Origin: Antedon mediterranea
Lineage: Eukaryota; Animalia; Echinodermata
Direction of reading: 5' to 3'
Length of the DNA: 64,000 nt
Assembly (NCBI RefSeq): GCF_964355755.1
Contig: NC_092680.1
Span: 14,579,045-14,643,044 of the forward strand
In this document: piece after piece, positions 62,501 through 64,000 of the stretch
Layout: each line of letters begins with the position of its first letter
How positions within the stretch are numbered: the first letter of the stretch is position 1
Program-made: the position numbers and the translations under genes
Notes under the pieces: model-generated
The model's input: only the letters and a program-made list of their open reading frames with translations
The model's database searches: none
Told to the model about the DNA's origin: nothing

Positions 62501-62980
62501 TACAGCATGGTGATATTGGATGTGGCGTAAGTCAAATATACACCTGATAATAATGGAAGTTATTTTATAAAAATCTTTTTCATAAACCAAACTTTATACA
62601 TAAATAGACATACTTCTTTAAAATAGTTATAGTTATTGTAGTAAAGGCATGAGTGGCACACCATACTTGTTTACTGATAGACTACAGAGCTGTTCACACT
62701 TTATGTACGAAATAACCTTTCTATGCTATGATAAAGTATGTCATTTATATACTCATGATATTTGTACAAATTTGTTTTCAGTTTGTTTTCTGCCGTTCTT
62801 GCAGACTATCATACCATGATGGTGTTTGCACAAACAATGAAAATATACCATCACAAGTAGATGGCTACCTGGTTGACTTGGCCAGAGCCGAAAGAGCGAG
62901 GTGGGACAATGCGTCCAGAACAACCATTCATGCTACTACTAAACCATGTCCTAATTGCAAAGCACCAGTTGAAAAAAATG
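53594..62980 (+). CDS. PRKN: E3 ubiquitin-protein ligase parkin (Ubl-RING0-RING1-IBR-REP-RING2 start); final exon beyond the window
   Basis: Exons 53594-53875 (Ubl, ...IKVIFAG.EL), 55620-55767 ([13 protein letters not shown], Ser65 equivalent), 56665-56783 (FYVFCK.PC..GKLRV.C..CKQ), 58573-58656 (CWEDVL), 58940-59055 (EFYFKC..H), 60596-60732 ([29 protein letters not shown]), 61630-61691 ([17 protein letters not shown]), 62377-62526 ([18 protein letters not shown]) and 62782-62980 (FVFCR.C...ARWD..S..TI..TTKPCP.C..PVEKNG). All GT-AG with consistent phases. The start codon or a 5' exon is uncertain. Confidence 0.95.
54305..55004 (+). mobile_element. HINE/DINE-1-like element, copy 3 (variant 3' end)
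   Basis: Same body as copies 1-2, ending GCCATCTATATGGCCTTGT (hairpin). Confidence 0.78.
55008..55380 (+). mobile_element. Penelope-like element 3' fragment (GIY-YIG)
   Basis: [17 protein letters not shown]...IGQHL...[34 protein letters not shown]. Confidence 0.85.
57553..58286. repeat. 35-bp minisatellite (~21 near-identical copies) in a parkin intron
   Basis: Unit GGTTGTTCATCCC(A/T)GGGGCCTTGCACACATACAAT. Confidence 0.95.
59610..60495 (-). mobile_element. Internally deleted L2/Crack-type LINE
   Basis: DITDHLPIF (end of the APE domain), W..LY...[25 protein letters not shown]-terminal GPKLWNDL. 3' stem-loop and AATAAA. Confidence 0.75.
61360..61605 (+). mobile_element. Degenerate CORE-type SINE
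   Basis: CCTTAGGCAAGACACTT...CTCTCTCCACCC..AGGTGTACAAATGGG.GTACC core, and an AGCGCTTAG...ATATAAAT...(TTA)n tail. Confidence 0.6.
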
Positions 62981-64000
62981 GTTAGTATCACAGCTCCTGG
63001 CCCCTTCCTATGCACTTTTCAATTGTATGACACAATATACGACCCCCGAGAGAGGTGAATCATGGGTGCATCATCTATATATAAATTTACGTAAGGGCAA
63101 AATTTGGTAAATTGCGTGTTACTTCTAGAATTTTCAGTCGATTGTATATAGAGCGGGTTCATATGTTCGGCATTCTGATATTAACCACCTAACATAACCC
63201 TGTTCACTAATTAGGTTGAGTTAGATAATTAGTTAATGACGATTAAAACAAATTTAGGTTCAACAATTTGCCCCAAATAGGGTGTTTTTCAATCACGGTA
63301 TACACTGTCTAATGGATGGCCATCTTGAAAAATACCCGCACACAATAATTGGAGGATGCTTCGCATTACCTATCTCATTCTACGATAATTGTTTTTAATA
63401 GCTGAAAACTGATAGATGTAGATGTATGTAGTAGTGTACAAAAAATATAATTCCTTAATTGCAAGACATTGTTGTAAGAAAATATTATGAATATGAAGAT
63501 ACCACCCCATCATAAAAGAATGAGAAAGGAATTTTGCAGGCCGATACCATGCAATACAGACAATTCAAGTCTAAAGTTTAGTTTTCATTTAAAAAAAAAA
63601 ATTCTCATGATGGCAATTATATTTGGATACAGATTACATCGTGTTTGTATTCATTTGCTCTGTGTTCAATTTTACAATTTCCAGTTAATAACGCAAGGAC
63701 GTATGTTTTTATAGGAAGTATTTAGTTTTATTCGTATTTGTATTAAGGACATTTCTTTGCACCCATCCTCTTCCTCATCTCTCAACCCTAATGTTACATA
63801 CAAAACACAAATTGGGTTTGTTTAAATTTAACTCAAACATTTGAACTCATTTTGTGACAAGTTTGTCTTTCGAAAGTAATTCCTATAGTGCTAATTTTAG
63901 CTGACTACATAAATCATCTTGTCTATTTATTCATTCCTCTGTAAATGAATGAATGAATAAATGTTTTATATTCCTGCGGTATGTACATTTGAAATTGACA

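Noticed and set aside
63340-63400. GGAGGATGC as the final parkin exon (GGCMHM)
   Set aside because: It continues GCFALP, has no acceptor and no RING2 cysteines; the last exon is outside the window.

Overview
AT-rich, intron-rich animal genomic DNA. The gene and repeat content suggests a marine invertebrate, possibly an echinoderm (inference only). Four host genes can be assembled by hand from GT-AG exons: the 5' part of an SLC25A20/CACT-like mitochondrial carrier (-), a complete 3-exon histamine N-methyltransferase-like gene (-), a 10-exon SLC17/sialin-like transporter (-), and parkin (+, last exon beyond the window). Most of the rest is transposable element. A young BEL/Pao LTR retrotransposon (11795-24967, TSD ACAGG) carries a second BEL/Pao element (17960-24698, TSD GGGGG, identical 857-bp LTRs, no integrase core) inserted in its polypurine tract. 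There are also nested non-autonomous P-like, Mutator-like, Merlin-like, Foldback-like, Kolobok-like and Helentron-derived elements, LINE and Penelope fragments, minisatellites, a 5S fragment and tRNA-derived units. The most striking observation is that neither BEL element has a tRNA-type primer-binding site. Each PBS position is instead complementary to the predicted 5' end of the element's own transcript, as in Tf1-like self-priming. In the inner element that self-primer exists only after a 493-nt GT-AG intron inside the LTR is spliced out.
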